A stretch of 43,549 nt of DNA from Pseudomonadota bacterium (lineage in GTDB: Bacteria; Bdellovibrionota_B; Oligoflexia; Oligoflexales; CAIYRB01): positions 1-43,549 of the forward strand of contig JANOTL010000199.1 in NCBI GenBank assembly GCA_031416315.1, read 5' to 3'. The notes beneath the pieces are model-generated. The model was not told the origin of the DNA. It did no database searches and saw nothing but the letters and a program-made list of their open reading frames with translations. Shown in pieces: positions 26,364 through 35,529 of the stretch. The position numbers were made by a program, and so were the translations under genes. The stretch's first letter is position 1. Every line of letters begins with the position of its first letter.

Positions 26364-29258
26364 TCAGTCGATGACGAGCGGCAGCTTCACGACTTGGATC
26401 TGGGTGCCGTTCGCTTTGACGTCGAGCGAGATCCACTGCGTCGTGCCGCGTAGGGCCGCGCTGACGTTGTACGCGAAAGTGACCGGGTACGGCGCGCTTT
26501 GCGGGCCCCATTGGCCCGGGCCGACGCGAAAGGTGCCTTCGGCGTTGGAGATGCCCGAGTTGCTCGTCGCCAGTTTGCCGAAGTCGAAGTTTTGCGCTTG
26601 CGTGCCGGTGAAGCGGAATTGCATCGGCAGGGAGAAGGCCTGACCGGCGCGGACGCGCAGCGGCATGTTGACCGGCGCGCCGCAGGTCGGCAGGCACAGC
26701 TCCAAGACGCCCGAGCGCGAGACCGTGATGCCGATGCTCTTCGAAATCGTCACCGCGGCACCCCCGCCGATCGCCCCCGGTGCGAGCTCGAAGCTGACGA
26801 GCGAGTTCGGATTCGCATAGGCCGTGGGCGTCACGGCGACGGTGACGTCGGCGATTTGTCCGGCCCCGATCTCCGGAATGCGGACGGAGCGCACCGCCGA
26901 GGTCAAGCCTTCGCCGACCAGGCTAAACGGCGCGTCGACGGCTTCGAGGCTGGCGTTCGTGTTGTTCTTGATCTTCAGAGTCGCGTTCGCGACGGCACCG
27001 ATGCGCAGCGGTCCGGGGAAGGTGACGTCGCTCAGCTCGAGCGGCAGGCGGATGCCGTCTTGGAAGACCGCTTCGTCGACGGGCGAGCCCGCCGAGGTCT
27101 CCAGGATGGCCCGTAACTTCATGACGCGGCCCGCGGTCTGCGCCGTCGCGCCGGTGAGGACCCCGGTCAAGGTCACGCGGGAATCAGCGGCGACCGCCGG
27201 CAAAGCGCGGATGACGAGGGAGAAGCCCAGGTTTTCGAGGTCGATCAGGCGGATGCGCAGGCTGCCTTCGGCGGCATTGAGGAGACCGTAATTGTCGAGC
27301 ACGACCGACAGCTTCACCGCTTCACCGGGACTGAAGACGCCGTCGTCGACGGCCTGCTCCAGGCTCGCCACTCTGAGCACCGGCAGGATGCCGCGGCCGC
27401 GCAATTCCTCGACCGCTTGGCGGCCGCTTTGCGCGGCGCGCGTTCTTGCGGCAGACAGCGTGCGGGAGAAGCCGTCGAGGACACCGACGTCGCGGCCGCC
27501 GAGCGCGGCCTGGGCGTCATACGTATCTTGATGCTGCGTCGCACGCGCGGTGGCGTACGCTGGCGCGGCCGCAGAGCGGAAGGCCTGCGCGTATTTCGCC
27601 AGGTATTGGCGGCGGTAGCCCGTTTGATAGCCGGAAACATAGTTCGCTGCGTATGCGTCTGTGCAAGCGCGAACGAAGGCTTGAATGGGCTCGCCGCCGC
27701 AATCCGGCGCATAGTAGCGACGATCGGCCGCCGGAACGATCACGTTCGGACTATCGACAGCAGGGACCTCGACGGCCGGTTCCGCGTGATTGGCGTCAGC
27801 CGGTGCATCCAAGGAGCCGATCGGGCGCGGCGTCGCGTCCTGGAGCGGCCCGGAGCGACCAGGCACTTCCGGAAGCTCGGTGGTGATGTCGTATGACGCG
27901 GCGTGCGTCGGCGGTACGGCGAACACTTCGTTCAAGCGGGAGTTGTAGCTGGTCGGGAAGTCTTCGGCGGCCGCCTTGCCCTCGGCGACGGAGGCGCCGG
28001 CGGCGAGGCCGTTTTGGTACGCGGTCGAGAGGCGAGGATCGGTGCGGCCTTGCGCCAAGCCGAAATTGTAGCCGCGCGCAGCAGCAACTTGGACCGAATC
28101 GGCCAAACCCTCTGCGGTGCCGGCGGCGGCGCCGCGGGAATTGCCGTCCGCGGTACCGCTGGCGGTGGCGCGTTCCGCGCCTTCCCGGCCGCTATCACCC
28201 TCGGCGTCCGAGCGCCCGTGGCTCGTCGCTTCGGCAAGGCCGGTGTTGTAATTGCCCAAAACGGTTTGGTAGTAGGCGCTGGCGTCACGTTCGCGGCTAG
28301 CCGCGGCGTCGCGCGCGGTTCTTGCGGAGGCGACGACGACACGCTGCCCGTCGCGGCTGGCGCGGGCGACGTTCAAATCGTCGCGGGCTTCGTCGAGTTC
28401 TTGGACGGCCGAGCTGATCTGCGACTGAAGCGAAGCGATCCGATTCTCGAGCCAAGTGATGCGTTGGTTGAGCGTCGTGATCGCGTCTTCGGCGTCGTCG
28501 AGATCGTCGCGCAGATCTTCCAGGTCGTCGCGGATCTCGCGGTAGTCGGCTTCGGCGCGGTCGAGTTCGCGAACCTTTGCGTCAAGGTCGCGCTGAACGT
28601 CCTCCCGATCAGCGCGCGCACGGCGCAGCTCGGCGCTGTCCGGCTGAGCGCAGTCGGATAGCTCGCAGGATCCGTGAACGGCCAGGCACGCCGCCTCGGC
28701 GGCGTCCGCGGCGGCGGCGCGGTCATTGTTGGTCGACCGGTGGCCGCCGCTGTGCTCTTCCCAACCGCTATCGACGTAGACGCACGTCCAAGGGCCGTCG
28801 CCGGGACGGTTTTCAAGCTCACGGATCAGAAAATCGAGCTGGCGAACCGCTTCTCGGAGCGAGCGCACTTCACCTTCGAGGTTGTCGCGACGGCGCTGCA
28901 TGTCGCTCAGAGCGTCTTCGCGCTCATTGATGTCACGCGTCAGATCGCGCCGGCGCGCCGTTTCGGTGGTGAGTTGGCCGCGTTTTGTCGTTAGCTCGGA
29001 TTGGCTGGAGGTTTGCTCGGTGCGCAAGTCCTGGAGGCGCGCCTCCGCCAGATTGACCTGCGTCGTGCGTTGGTCGACTCGTTGCTGAAGCGGCACTAAC
29101 GCGTTGGTCTCTCGGTCCAAGGTCGCCTGCGCGCTATTCAGCTCCTGGCGGCGATCGTCCCAGACCCGTTTGGCGGCTTCGAAGTCATAGTCGACCGCGA
29201 ACGCCGCGGTGCTGGCGAGCATGCCAATCGTGATGAAGGTCCGAATAAAGTTCCCCAC
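26364..29258 (-). CDS. Large secreted coiled-coil protein with a Cys/His insertion and C-terminal beta-sandwich-like domains
   Basis: GTG 29258 with GGAG upstream; signal peptide (FITIGMLASTAAFA); two long heptad regions; GxxxG/Y-rich helical region; DDGVFSPGE..LDNYG Ig/CARDB-like segments. Confidence 0.75.
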   Translation of the reverse strand: MGNFIRTFITIGMLASTAAFAVDYDFEAAKRVWDDRRQELNSAQATLDRETNALVPLQQRVDQRTTQVNLAEARLQDLRTEQTSSQSELTTKRGQLTTETARRRDLTRDINEREDALSDMQRRRDNLEGEVRSLREAVRQLDFLIRELENRPGDGPWTCVYVDSGWEEHSGGHRSTNNDRAAAADAAEAACLAVHGSCELSDCAQPDSAELRRARADREDVQRDLDAKVRELDRAEADYREIRDDLEDLRDDLDDAEDAITTLNQRITWLENRIASLQSQISSAVQELDEARDDLNVARASRDGQRVVVASARTARDAAASRERDASAYYQTVLGNYNTGLAEATSHGRSDAEGDSGREGAERATASGTADGNSRGAAAGTAEGLADSVQVAAARGYNFGLAQGRTDPRLSTAYQNGLAAGASVAEGKAAAEDFPTSYNSRLNEVFAVPPTHAASYDITTELPEVPGRSGPLQDATPRPIGSLDAPADANHAEPAVEVPAVDSPNVIVPAADRRYYAPDCGGEPIQAFVRACTDAYAANYVSGYQTGYRRQYLAKYAQAFRSAAAPAYATARATQHQDTYDAQAALGGRDVGVLDGFSRTLSAARTRAAQSGRQAVEELRGRGILPVLRVASLEQAVDDGVFSPGEAVKLSVVLDNYGLLNAAEGSLRIRLIDLENLGFSLVIRALPAVAADSRVTLTGVLTGATAQTAGRVMKLRAILETSAGSPVDEAVFQDGIRLPLELSDVTFPGPLRIGAVANATLKIKNNTNASLEAVDAPFSLVGEGLTSAVRSVRIPEIGAGQIADVTVAVTPTAYANPNSLVSFELAPGAIGGGAAVTISKSIGITVSRSGVLELCLPTCGAPVNMPLRVRAGQAFSLPMQFRFTGTQAQNFDFGKLATSNSGISNAEGTFRVGPGQWGPQSAPYPVTFAYNVSAALRGTTQWISLDVKANGTQIQVVKLPLVID

Positions 29259-29569
29259 AAAGCGTTCTCCCGATGATGTGGCCCGGCGGCGAGGCGCCAT
29301 TCTTTGCAAAGCCTTGACCACGGAAAAATCGCTGGAATTCCGGCGCGCCGAGCGGGGAATCGGTCGCATTTTTATACCGGCGCGCGACGCTTCGCGCGCG
29401 AGTTCCGCCATATTTGCGGCCGCTTGTGTGTCACGACGGCGGGAGACGATTTGCGGTCGAGAGCTCTTCGGTATCCGCCGTGCGGGCCGGCTCCGGTGGG
29501 AAGTGCCTAGTTTGCCCCGGGTTTGGGGATGGCGGGGCTCACTCAATAGCGTGAGTTCCTTAAAGGACC

Positions 29570-30688
29570 TCAGGGGCTGACGCGATCGAATGCGATTGCA
29601 CTGGAGATGTCGCCCCTACCAAACGTTCCGCTGTAAGATGTGCCACCTATAAAGTCGCCATCGACGCGGAATTTGCCGTCAACGACGGCGAAGGACGAAT
29701 ACTTGGTTTCTTTGTCGGATGCTTCAATTCGGTCGGAGCAAAATTGATGCGTGCTATCTGTAATGTCTTTCGAAACTCCAAGCATCCAATCGTTGAAACC
29801 GCAAGTGGCAAAGGAATTCGCAGCTGCTAGACCTGCAGCGTCAAAAAAGGCTTTCTCGGACTTAGTCAACGCAAACCCAAGTGCATACGGATCGGCGAAC
29901 GTTCCAACGCCTTCGGCGATTCCTTGCCACGTTCCACTAAGCTCGAGGACGGTCGACTTCTTGGTTTCATCGCACGCAGACACGTCGCTGTAGACTACAG
30001 TCGTCTGCTTGAAGGTGTTCGAGGCAAACACAATCGTAAATTTGCGCGCATTCTCATCGTCGCCGAGGCGGCACGTTTCCCAGGTCCCGATGAAAAGAGC
30101 CGCGAAGTCGGGAGCTGTTGCCACGACGTCCGAGGCGCTGCCGGTATCCGATCCGGATCCAGGCTCCGCTTCCGATCCGACATCCGGGCCAGGACCCACT
30201 TCTGATCCGATCTGCGACTCCGACCCAGATCCCGTGCCCGCAGCAACAGAAACTTCGAGGTAAGTTTCGCTGCGAAAGAGGACGGTGGTTCCGGATGGCT
30301 TCGTCCAAACGACGTGAAGCACGCGCGGCGATCCCGTGAACTGAATGCCGCAGCGGAGCGGCTGAAAGCCCTCTGCCTTGGTATCGGAGTAGCGTTTACC
30401 TGTATCTGGAAGGGGCGCCTGAACGATTGGTGCGACGTGTTTGTCCAGCTCCGCGACCGTGCAGGGATAGTCCGCCGGGACAACGTCGGCTTCACACGCA
30501 GCCGTCGCGGCATTCCAGAATTGGTTTTTGCTGCGACAGTCCACGGCTGCGACTGATTGATCGTGCTCGGCGATGATATCCGGTTTTGCGGCTTTTTTTT
30601 CGGAGTCGTCGCTAGGGGAGCCACAAGAAGTGGCAACGGCGATCGAAAAGAAGACCGAGATTTTTGAATGAGACATTCGGAACCCCAT
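29570..30688 (-). CDS. Hypothetical lipoprotein with a Gly/Ser linker
   Basis: Lipobox-like IAVATSCGS; Cys-containing N-domain, GSGSE-rich linker, C-domain starting FIGTWETC; visibly more A/T than core genes. Confidence 0.7.
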   Translation of the reverse strand: MGFRMSHSKISVFFSIAVATSCGSPSDDSEKKAAKPDIIAEHDQSVAAVDCRSKNQFWNAATAACEADVVPADYPCTVAELDKHVAPIVQAPLPDTGKRYSDTKAEGFQPLRCGIQFTGSPRVLHVVWTKPSGTTVLFRSETYLEVSVAAGTGSGSESQIGSEVGPGPDVGSEAEPGSGSDTGSASDVVATAPDFAALFIGTWETCRLGDDENARKFTIVFASNTFKQTTVVYSDVSACDETKKSTVLELSGTWQGIAEGVGTFADPYALGFALTKSEKAFFDAAGLAAANSFATCGFNDWMLGVSKDITDSTHQFCSDRIEASDKETKYSSFAVVDGKFRVDGDFIGGTSYSGTFGRGDISSAIAFDRVSP

Positions 30689-30811
30689 TAATCAAGAGAT
30701 ACGGAGTTTACGGCTTAATCAATTCGCTGCTTAACAGGATGGCCGAATAAACTAGTTGAATCAATTAATTGCGATCACGACGAAGTCTCGAATGATCCGG
30801 ATGCGCCAGGA

Positions 30812-31036
30812 GGCGACCTGGTCTACACGCTGAAAACAGCCTGGTCCATCGGGGCCCACGGAATCGTGCTGTCCCCGCGCGAGCTGATCGAAAAGCTCGT
30901 CGCGTTGATCCCGCCGCCTTATGTGCATCTGTCCCGCTGTTTCGGAGTCCTGTCGCCCCTCAGCAAGTGGCGGCGTATGATCGTCGCGAAGCCGCAGTTG
31001 AGGACGCCGAAGAGCCGAGGGCGCCGAAGGGATTGA
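30812..31036 (+). pseudogene. IS91/ISCR-family (Y2) rolling-circle transposase C-terminal fragment
   Basis: Manual translation GDLVYTLKTAWSIGAHGIVLSPRELIEKLVALIPPPYVHLSRCFGVLSPLSKWRRMIV matches the family pattern Y.LK..W.DG...I...P.E.I..L..L.P.P...L.RY.GV.AP.S..R; no start codon or N-terminal domains. Confidence 0.8.
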
Positions 31037-31158
31037 AAGCCGCCTGCCGGCGGTGAAAATGCTGCTGAGCCGGCTTGCGGTGTCGTCGGCCCGGCGACCG
31101 GCGGACTGGCGCTGCCTGACCTGATTTCGGCGCGTTCAAACAAGCTTTCCGGCGGCAC

Positions 31159-31182
31159 GCCGCTGGTAAAGAATTGGCGACG
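31159..31182 (+). repeat. 24-bp direct repeat, copy 2
   Basis: Identical to 23037-23060. Confidence 0.9.
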
Positions 31183-31358
31183 CAAAACGATACCAACCCT
31201 ACACTTGTTTACCGCAATTCTGGCGCACCGCTCCGTATGTTCGCGTGTTTAGACCTCGTTCCACGACGGCACGGCGCTTGCTTTAAGGTCTGTGTGCGAC
31301 GGCGCAGGTGATTCTTGGCAAAGGGGGCGCTGGGGAAAACCGAGGCCGTCGTCACACG

Positions 31359-31391
31359 AAAAACCCGATGGAGCTTGCTCCATCGGGTTTT
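31359..31391 (-). terminator. Rho-independent, probably bidirectional, terminator after the EEP gene
   Basis: AAAAACCCGATGGAG-CTTG-CTCCATCGGGTTTT; GCAA in the loop region and T5 tail on the minus strand; a second hairpin CCCCCGG-CGGA-CCGGGGG at 31411-31428. Confidence 0.85.
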
Positions 31392-31441
31392 CTGCGTGCG
31401 CAGGGCGATTCCCCCGGCGGACCGGGGGCTCGCAAGTCGGC

Positions 31442-33439
31442 TTAGGGCGCCGGCGTCGCCAAGATCGTGTCGGACGCATCCGGACGGCTCGGGTCGAGCA
31501 TCGGGATTGGCGCCGGGCTTTGGCGCGGCATGACGAGGAAGCGGGCGAAAATCGGCAGGTGGTCGGCGCGGCCGCCGAGCTCATGGCGAGTTTCTTTGTT
31601 CACCCGAACTTGCTTCCAGCGGTTGGTGCCGCCGTTGGCCTGGAAGAGCGCGCCGACGCCGAGCATCTTGGCGTTGGTGGCCTGGAAGCTGTTGTCGACG
31701 TAGCTCGCGCCGGTGCGGTCGTAGAGTCCGGAGCCGATGATCATGTGGTCTAAGCTATTCCAGCCGAACTGCGGGTACCATGCCGTCGCGCGCGCCGCGC
31801 GGTCGAGCTCGTAGTGCAGGTTGTACTTCAGGCCGGGCTGGTTCTTCGCGACTGCCGTCTCGTCGCCTTGCGCGTGCAGAACGTCGTTGATGCCGGTGGT
31901 GCGGTCGGTGTCGTTGTGCTCGGCCTCGATGATCACCTTCTCGTTGTACTCGCTGTTCAGGTCGCCTAACACGATGTAGTCGTACTTCGGCGTCGTGACG
32001 AGCGTTGCCGCGATGTCGGCCTCGAGCGCTTCAGCGTAGAGCTTGCGGTGCGATTCGGGTCCGCCTTTGGATTTCCAGTGGTTGACGTAGACGGTGAGCG
32101 GCATGCCGCGCACGGTGAGGGTCACCTTCAGGATGGGGCGCGACGGCTCGGGGTTCGTGCCGGGAGGCGTGGCGACCTTCAGCACCGACCACGAGGCGAT
32201 CGGGAACTTCGCGATGACGGCCATGCCGATCGCGGTCTCGCCCATGTCGGGCGCCCATTGCGAGAACTGCTGCGAGACGTAGCCCAGGTCCTTGACGCTC
32301 TCGAAGAGAACGCTGAGCGCTTCCGCCGACTCGACTTCGATGAGGCCGAGGATCTCCGGGCCGTTCGGCACGGCGGCGGTGACGGTGTCACGGATCGTCA
32401 GGGATTTCGCCTCGGTCCAGCTCATGGTGCGACCTTTGAACTCCACCGGCTGGCCCCAGTTGCTGAACTGACCGGCCGCGTTCGGCGCGATGCGGTAGTC
32501 GCCGTAACCCTTGTTGCGTTCGTCGTCCTTCTGGTCGAAGAGGTTCTCGACGTTGTAGCTCATGACGGTAAACTCGGCGTCCGCCGGCTCCTCGAGCAAG
32601 CGGCCTTCGGCCGTGATCGTGCCGGTCGCGTTCGCGAGCTTCAGCGGCATCATGACCTTCATCTGGCCATCTTGCTCTTCCCAGAGTAGCGGGCGCGAGC
32701 TCAGGCTGAGCGTCGCGTCTTCCGGCGCCGCTTCGAGCAAGCGGCCGGCGGCGGCTTGCAACGTCAAGGTCTCGCCCGAGATCAGGAGCTCGACCGGGTT
32801 CTTCGTCTTGCTCGCGTCAGTGCCGAGGTAATAGGTGACCTCGCCGCCAACGTGGAGCGTGAGGCCCGCGGCGTCTTGCTTCATGCTGATCCGGCGGCCT
32901 TTGGCGTCGTTGAAGGCGAAGAGCGAGGGCTGTTTCCAGTCGCGCACGCCGAGGGCGGCGTCGACTGAGCCTTGCGTCAAGTCCAGCGAGGCCTTCGCGA
33001 CTTTCACGAACACTTGCACGGGCGACAGGCCTTCGGCATTCGCGATCGGTAGGCACGAGAGCGCGAGCGACGCGGTCTCGCCCGCTACGAGCGTGAGCTC
33101 GGCGTCGGCTTTGCAGGTGTGCGTCTTCGCGTCCCAGTTGAGCTTGTCTTTGTAGAGGCCGGCCGTGACGGTCGCAGTAGCGGCGGCCGGGAGGCGGTCG
33201 ATCGTCACGAGCTGGTTCGGACCCGGGATGTCGCCGGCGCGTGCGATTGGCGCCTTGCCGATCGGCGTGACGATCACTTCATAGATGTTCGGATTCCCGA
33301 GCAGCTCTTCGCCCGGGGCGAACAGCATGCTCAATCCCGACGTCGGCAGTTCACCGAGACCGTGGCGTTGCGGGGCCTCACCGAGGCGCGCGCAGCCCGC
33401 CAAGACGAGAAAAGGCAGCAAGCCGAAGCTCATTTTCAT
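31442..33439 (-). CDS. Endonuclease/exonuclease/phosphatase (EEP) family lipoprotein, probable extracellular nuclease
   Basis: Lipobox LVLAGC after ATG 33439; MSYNVENLFD, ILGLIEVE, VNHWKSK, IVLGDLN, LDHMI, ADHLPI. Confidence 0.88.
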   Translation of the reverse strand: MKMSFGLLPFLVLAGCARLGEAPQRHGLGELPTSGLSMLFAPGEELLGNPNIYEVIVTPIGKAPIARAGDIPGPNQLVTIDRLPAAATATVTAGLYKDKLNWDAKTHTCKADAELTLVAGETASLALSCLPIANAEGLSPVQVFVKVAKASLDLTQGSVDAALGVRDWKQPSLFAFNDAKGRRISMKQDAAGLTLHVGGEVTYYLGTDASKTKNPVELLISGETLTLQAAAGRLLEAAPEDATLSLSSRPLLWEEQDGQMKVMMPLKLANATGTITAEGRLLEEPADAEFTVMSYNVENLFDQKDDERNKGYGDYRIAPNAAGQFSNWGQPVEFKGRTMSWTEAKSLTIRDTVTAAVPNGPEILGLIEVESAEALSVLFESVKDLGYVSQQFSQWAPDMGETAIGMAVIAKFPIASWSVLKVATPPGTNPEPSRPILKVTLTVRGMPLTVYVNHWKSKGGPESHRKLYAEALEADIAATLVTTPKYDYIVLGDLNSEYNEKVIIEAEHNDTDRTTGINDVLHAQGDETAVAKNQPGLKYNLHYELDRAARATAWYPQFGWNSLDHMIIGSGLYDRTGASYVDNSFQATNAKMLGVGALFQANGGTNRWKQVRVNKETRHELGGRADHLPIFARFLVMPRQSPAPIPMLDPSRPDASDTILATPAP

Positions 33440-33495
33440 AGGAAAATCCTGTGCTTGGGGGCTGTTTTCAAAGACCGGACGGTCGCGAGAACGGC

Positions 33496-33504
33496 ATTGT
33501 AGCA
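33496..33504 (-). promoter_or_regulatory. Extended -10 promoter (TGCTACAAT) for the EEP gene
   Basis: TG-N-TACAAT about 57 nt upstream of ATG 33439. Confidence 0.5.
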
Positions 33505-33518
33505 CAGGGCTTGGGCGC

Positions 33519-34322
33519 TTATTGTAAAACTAGGAAAAAGACAGCGATTGCGAAGGCTACGCGATAGATCGCGAAGGCTTCGAATCCGAAGCGTTTCAGG
33601 AACTTCAAGAGTCCGCCGATCGACAGGCAGCCGACGACGAAGGACGTCAGGAAGCCGACGATGAAGACCGGGTCGCCGGCCGACGCCAGGAGCTCCTTCC
33701 CTTCGAGGACGACGGCACCGGCCATGACCGGGGTGCTGAGCAAGAACGAGAAGCGGGCCGCGTCTTCGCGCCTCACGCCGAGAAGACGCGCCGTCGTGAT
33801 CGTCGATCCCGAGCGCGACACGCCGGGAACGAGCGCTAGCGCCTGGCCGCAGCCGATGAGGAACGCGTCAAGGCGCGTCATCTGGCCGAGATCCTTGCGC
33901 GAGGCGCAACGCTTGTCGACGAGCCAAAGGACGATGCCCATCACGACCATCGGGCCGACGACGGTGTATGGATGATGAAAGACGCTTTCGATCTGCTTGT
34001 GCCAGAGGAGCCCGATGATTCCGGCTGGCAAGGAGCCGAGGACGAGGCCGGGCAGGAGCACGTCCGCCTCGAAGGATTTCTCGTTCTTCGTGACGCGCCG
34101 GAGCGTCTTGCCGCCGATGTTGAGCCAGTCGCGCCAAAAATAGAGCACGACGGCCAAGAACGTGCCCATGTGCAGGGCGATGTTCAGGGCTAAAGGCAGC
34201 GGGCGCCCGTCCATCATCCACGAGAGGACGATGAGGTGCGCCGAGCTGGAGATCGGCAGAAACTCAGTGAAGCCTTGGAAGGCGCCGAGGATGGCCGCAT
34301 GAAGAACGGTGGTGTCATTCAT
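33519..34322 (-). CDS. uppP: Undecaprenyl-diphosphate phosphatase
   Basis: QGFTEFLPISSSAHL, LHMGT, QALALVPGVSRSGSTI, AARFSFLLS, FAIYR. Confidence 0.97.
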   Translation of the reverse strand: MNDTTVLHAAILGAFQGFTEFLPISSSAHLIVLSWMMDGRPLPLALNIALHMGTFLAVVLYFWRDWLNIGGKTLRRVTKNEKSFEADVLLPGLVLGSLPAGIIGLLWHKQIESVFHHPYTVVGPMVVMGIVLWLVDKRCASRKDLGQMTRLDAFLIGCGQALALVPGVSRSGSTITTARLLGVRREDAARFSFLLSTPVMAGAVVLEGKELLASAGDPVFIVGFLTSFVVGCLSIGGLLKFLKRFGFEAFAIYRVAFAIAVFFLVLQ

Positions 34323-34328
34323 GCGGCC

Positions 34329-34337
34329 AGCTTAGCA
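34329..34337 (-). promoter_or_regulatory. Extended -10 (TGCTAAGCT) of a probable leaderless uppP promoter
   Basis: TG-N-TAAGCT ends 6 nt before ATG 34322; no Shine-Dalgarno. Confidence 0.5.
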
Positions 34338-34344
34338 GACCTGA

Positions 34345-35100
34345 TTACCAGGCGTAACCGAGACCGATGTTGCCTTCGGGGATCGGGCGGACCGTCATGC
34401 GCGTGTCGGCCAGGTCCTCGATGATGCGATCGTAGTCAGTGCGCGCGTTCGGGTCGCGGCTCTCGACGCCGACGGTGCGCTTGAAGGTGCCGGTGATGCT
34501 CGCGCCGACGGTGAGCGACAGGTTCTGGTTCCAGATGAGCCAGCGGTTGCCGAAGGCGAGCGCCACGCCGTGGCGAATGTCGGTGACGAGGTCCGTCTCA
34601 TCGTCCGGCGTCCCGGTGAAGAAGTTGGCCGCGATCGCGTCGCCTTCGCCGCCGGCGATCTGCTCGTCGAAGCGGTTGGCGCGGCTGTTGATGCGGAGGT
34701 AGCTGTAGGCTGCCGTCACGTACCAGTCGCGCATGGAGGACTGTTCGCCCCAACGGGTGAAGTTCCAGCGTAAGCGCGTCCCGTCGAGCTTGTGGCGCTC
34801 GCCCGGGAACATGTCCTCGCGGCGGAGCGTTTCGGCATTGCCGTCGCCGCGGACGACGAAGTTGCCGGTCCAGAACTCCGGGCCGGTCGAGAGGATGCCG
34901 GCGATGTTGAAGTCGACCTTGGCGCCCCATTTGCTCGAGGTGTCGACGCCGGCCTCGAATTGCTCGTCATACGCGGCGGAGGACGGTGCGATCGGGTCCA
35001 GCTCCGCGATGATCTTTTTGTGGATGTCGGCCGCGTTCGCCGTGATGGCGAAGGATGAGCACGCGGAAACGCCGGCTAGGGCGAGTAGAAGACTGCGCAT
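34345..35100 (-). CDS. Secreted protein, probable small outer-membrane beta-barrel
   Basis: Signal peptide; amphipathic strands; ends GNIGLGYAW. Confidence 0.65.
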   Translation of the reverse strand: MRSLLLALAGVSACSSFAITANAADIHKKIIAELDPIAPSSAAYDEQFEAGVDTSSKWGAKVDFNIAGILSTGPEFWTGNFVVRGDGNAETLRREDMFPGERHKLDGTRLRWNFTRWGEQSSMRDWYVTAAYSYLRINSRANRFDEQIAGGEGDAIAANFFTGTPDDETDLVTDIRHGVALAFGNRWLIWNQNLSLTVGASITGTFKRTVGVESRDPNARTDYDRIIEDLADTRMTVRPIPEGNIGLGYAW

Positions 35101-35235
35101 GGGTGACCCCTCTGTATTTGCAGTTCAACTGGCTCTTCGGCGGGGAAGGCGCGGGCTTGAGGGGCGGCGCTTGGCACTTCACCAAGGGGGGATTGGGTGT
35201 TAGTGTCGATCGTACGCAAATGAGGAGGAAGTCTC

Positions 35236-35526
35236 TTGTCGCAGGTAATCGTGACCGACGATCTGCTGAAGCAGAAACGGGAGTCCACTCGGGCTCAGGA
35301 AGCGAAAATTTCCCGCGAGGAGATGTTCACGCGCTGGCGGAAGAGCAATATCGTCGGCAAGAAGGACCCGGTGAAGTTCGTCATCACCTTGGCCCTGCTT
35401 CCCGTACTGGCCCTTTGGGCCCTGCTCACCGGCTTCATTTACGTCGTGATCGCGATCTGCGAAGGGATCTTCAAGGTCTTGGGCAAGCTCGTCGGCGGCA
35501 CGAAGTCCCTGATCACGGGCAAATAG
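35236..35526 (+). CDS. Small hypothetical membrane protein
   Basis: GAGGAGG upstream of TTG; long hydrophobic stretch. Confidence 0.65.
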   Translation: MSQVIVTDDLLKQKRESTRAQEAKISREEMFTRWRKSNIVGKKDPVKFVITLALLPVLALWALLTGFIYVVIAICEGIFKVLGKLVGGTKSLITGK

Positions 35527-35529
35527 CGC

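Noticed and set aside
29259..29546. N-terminal 96 aa of the 1060-aa ORF
   Set aside because: Arg-rich and non-coding-like; signal peptide and ribosome-binding site point to GTG 29258
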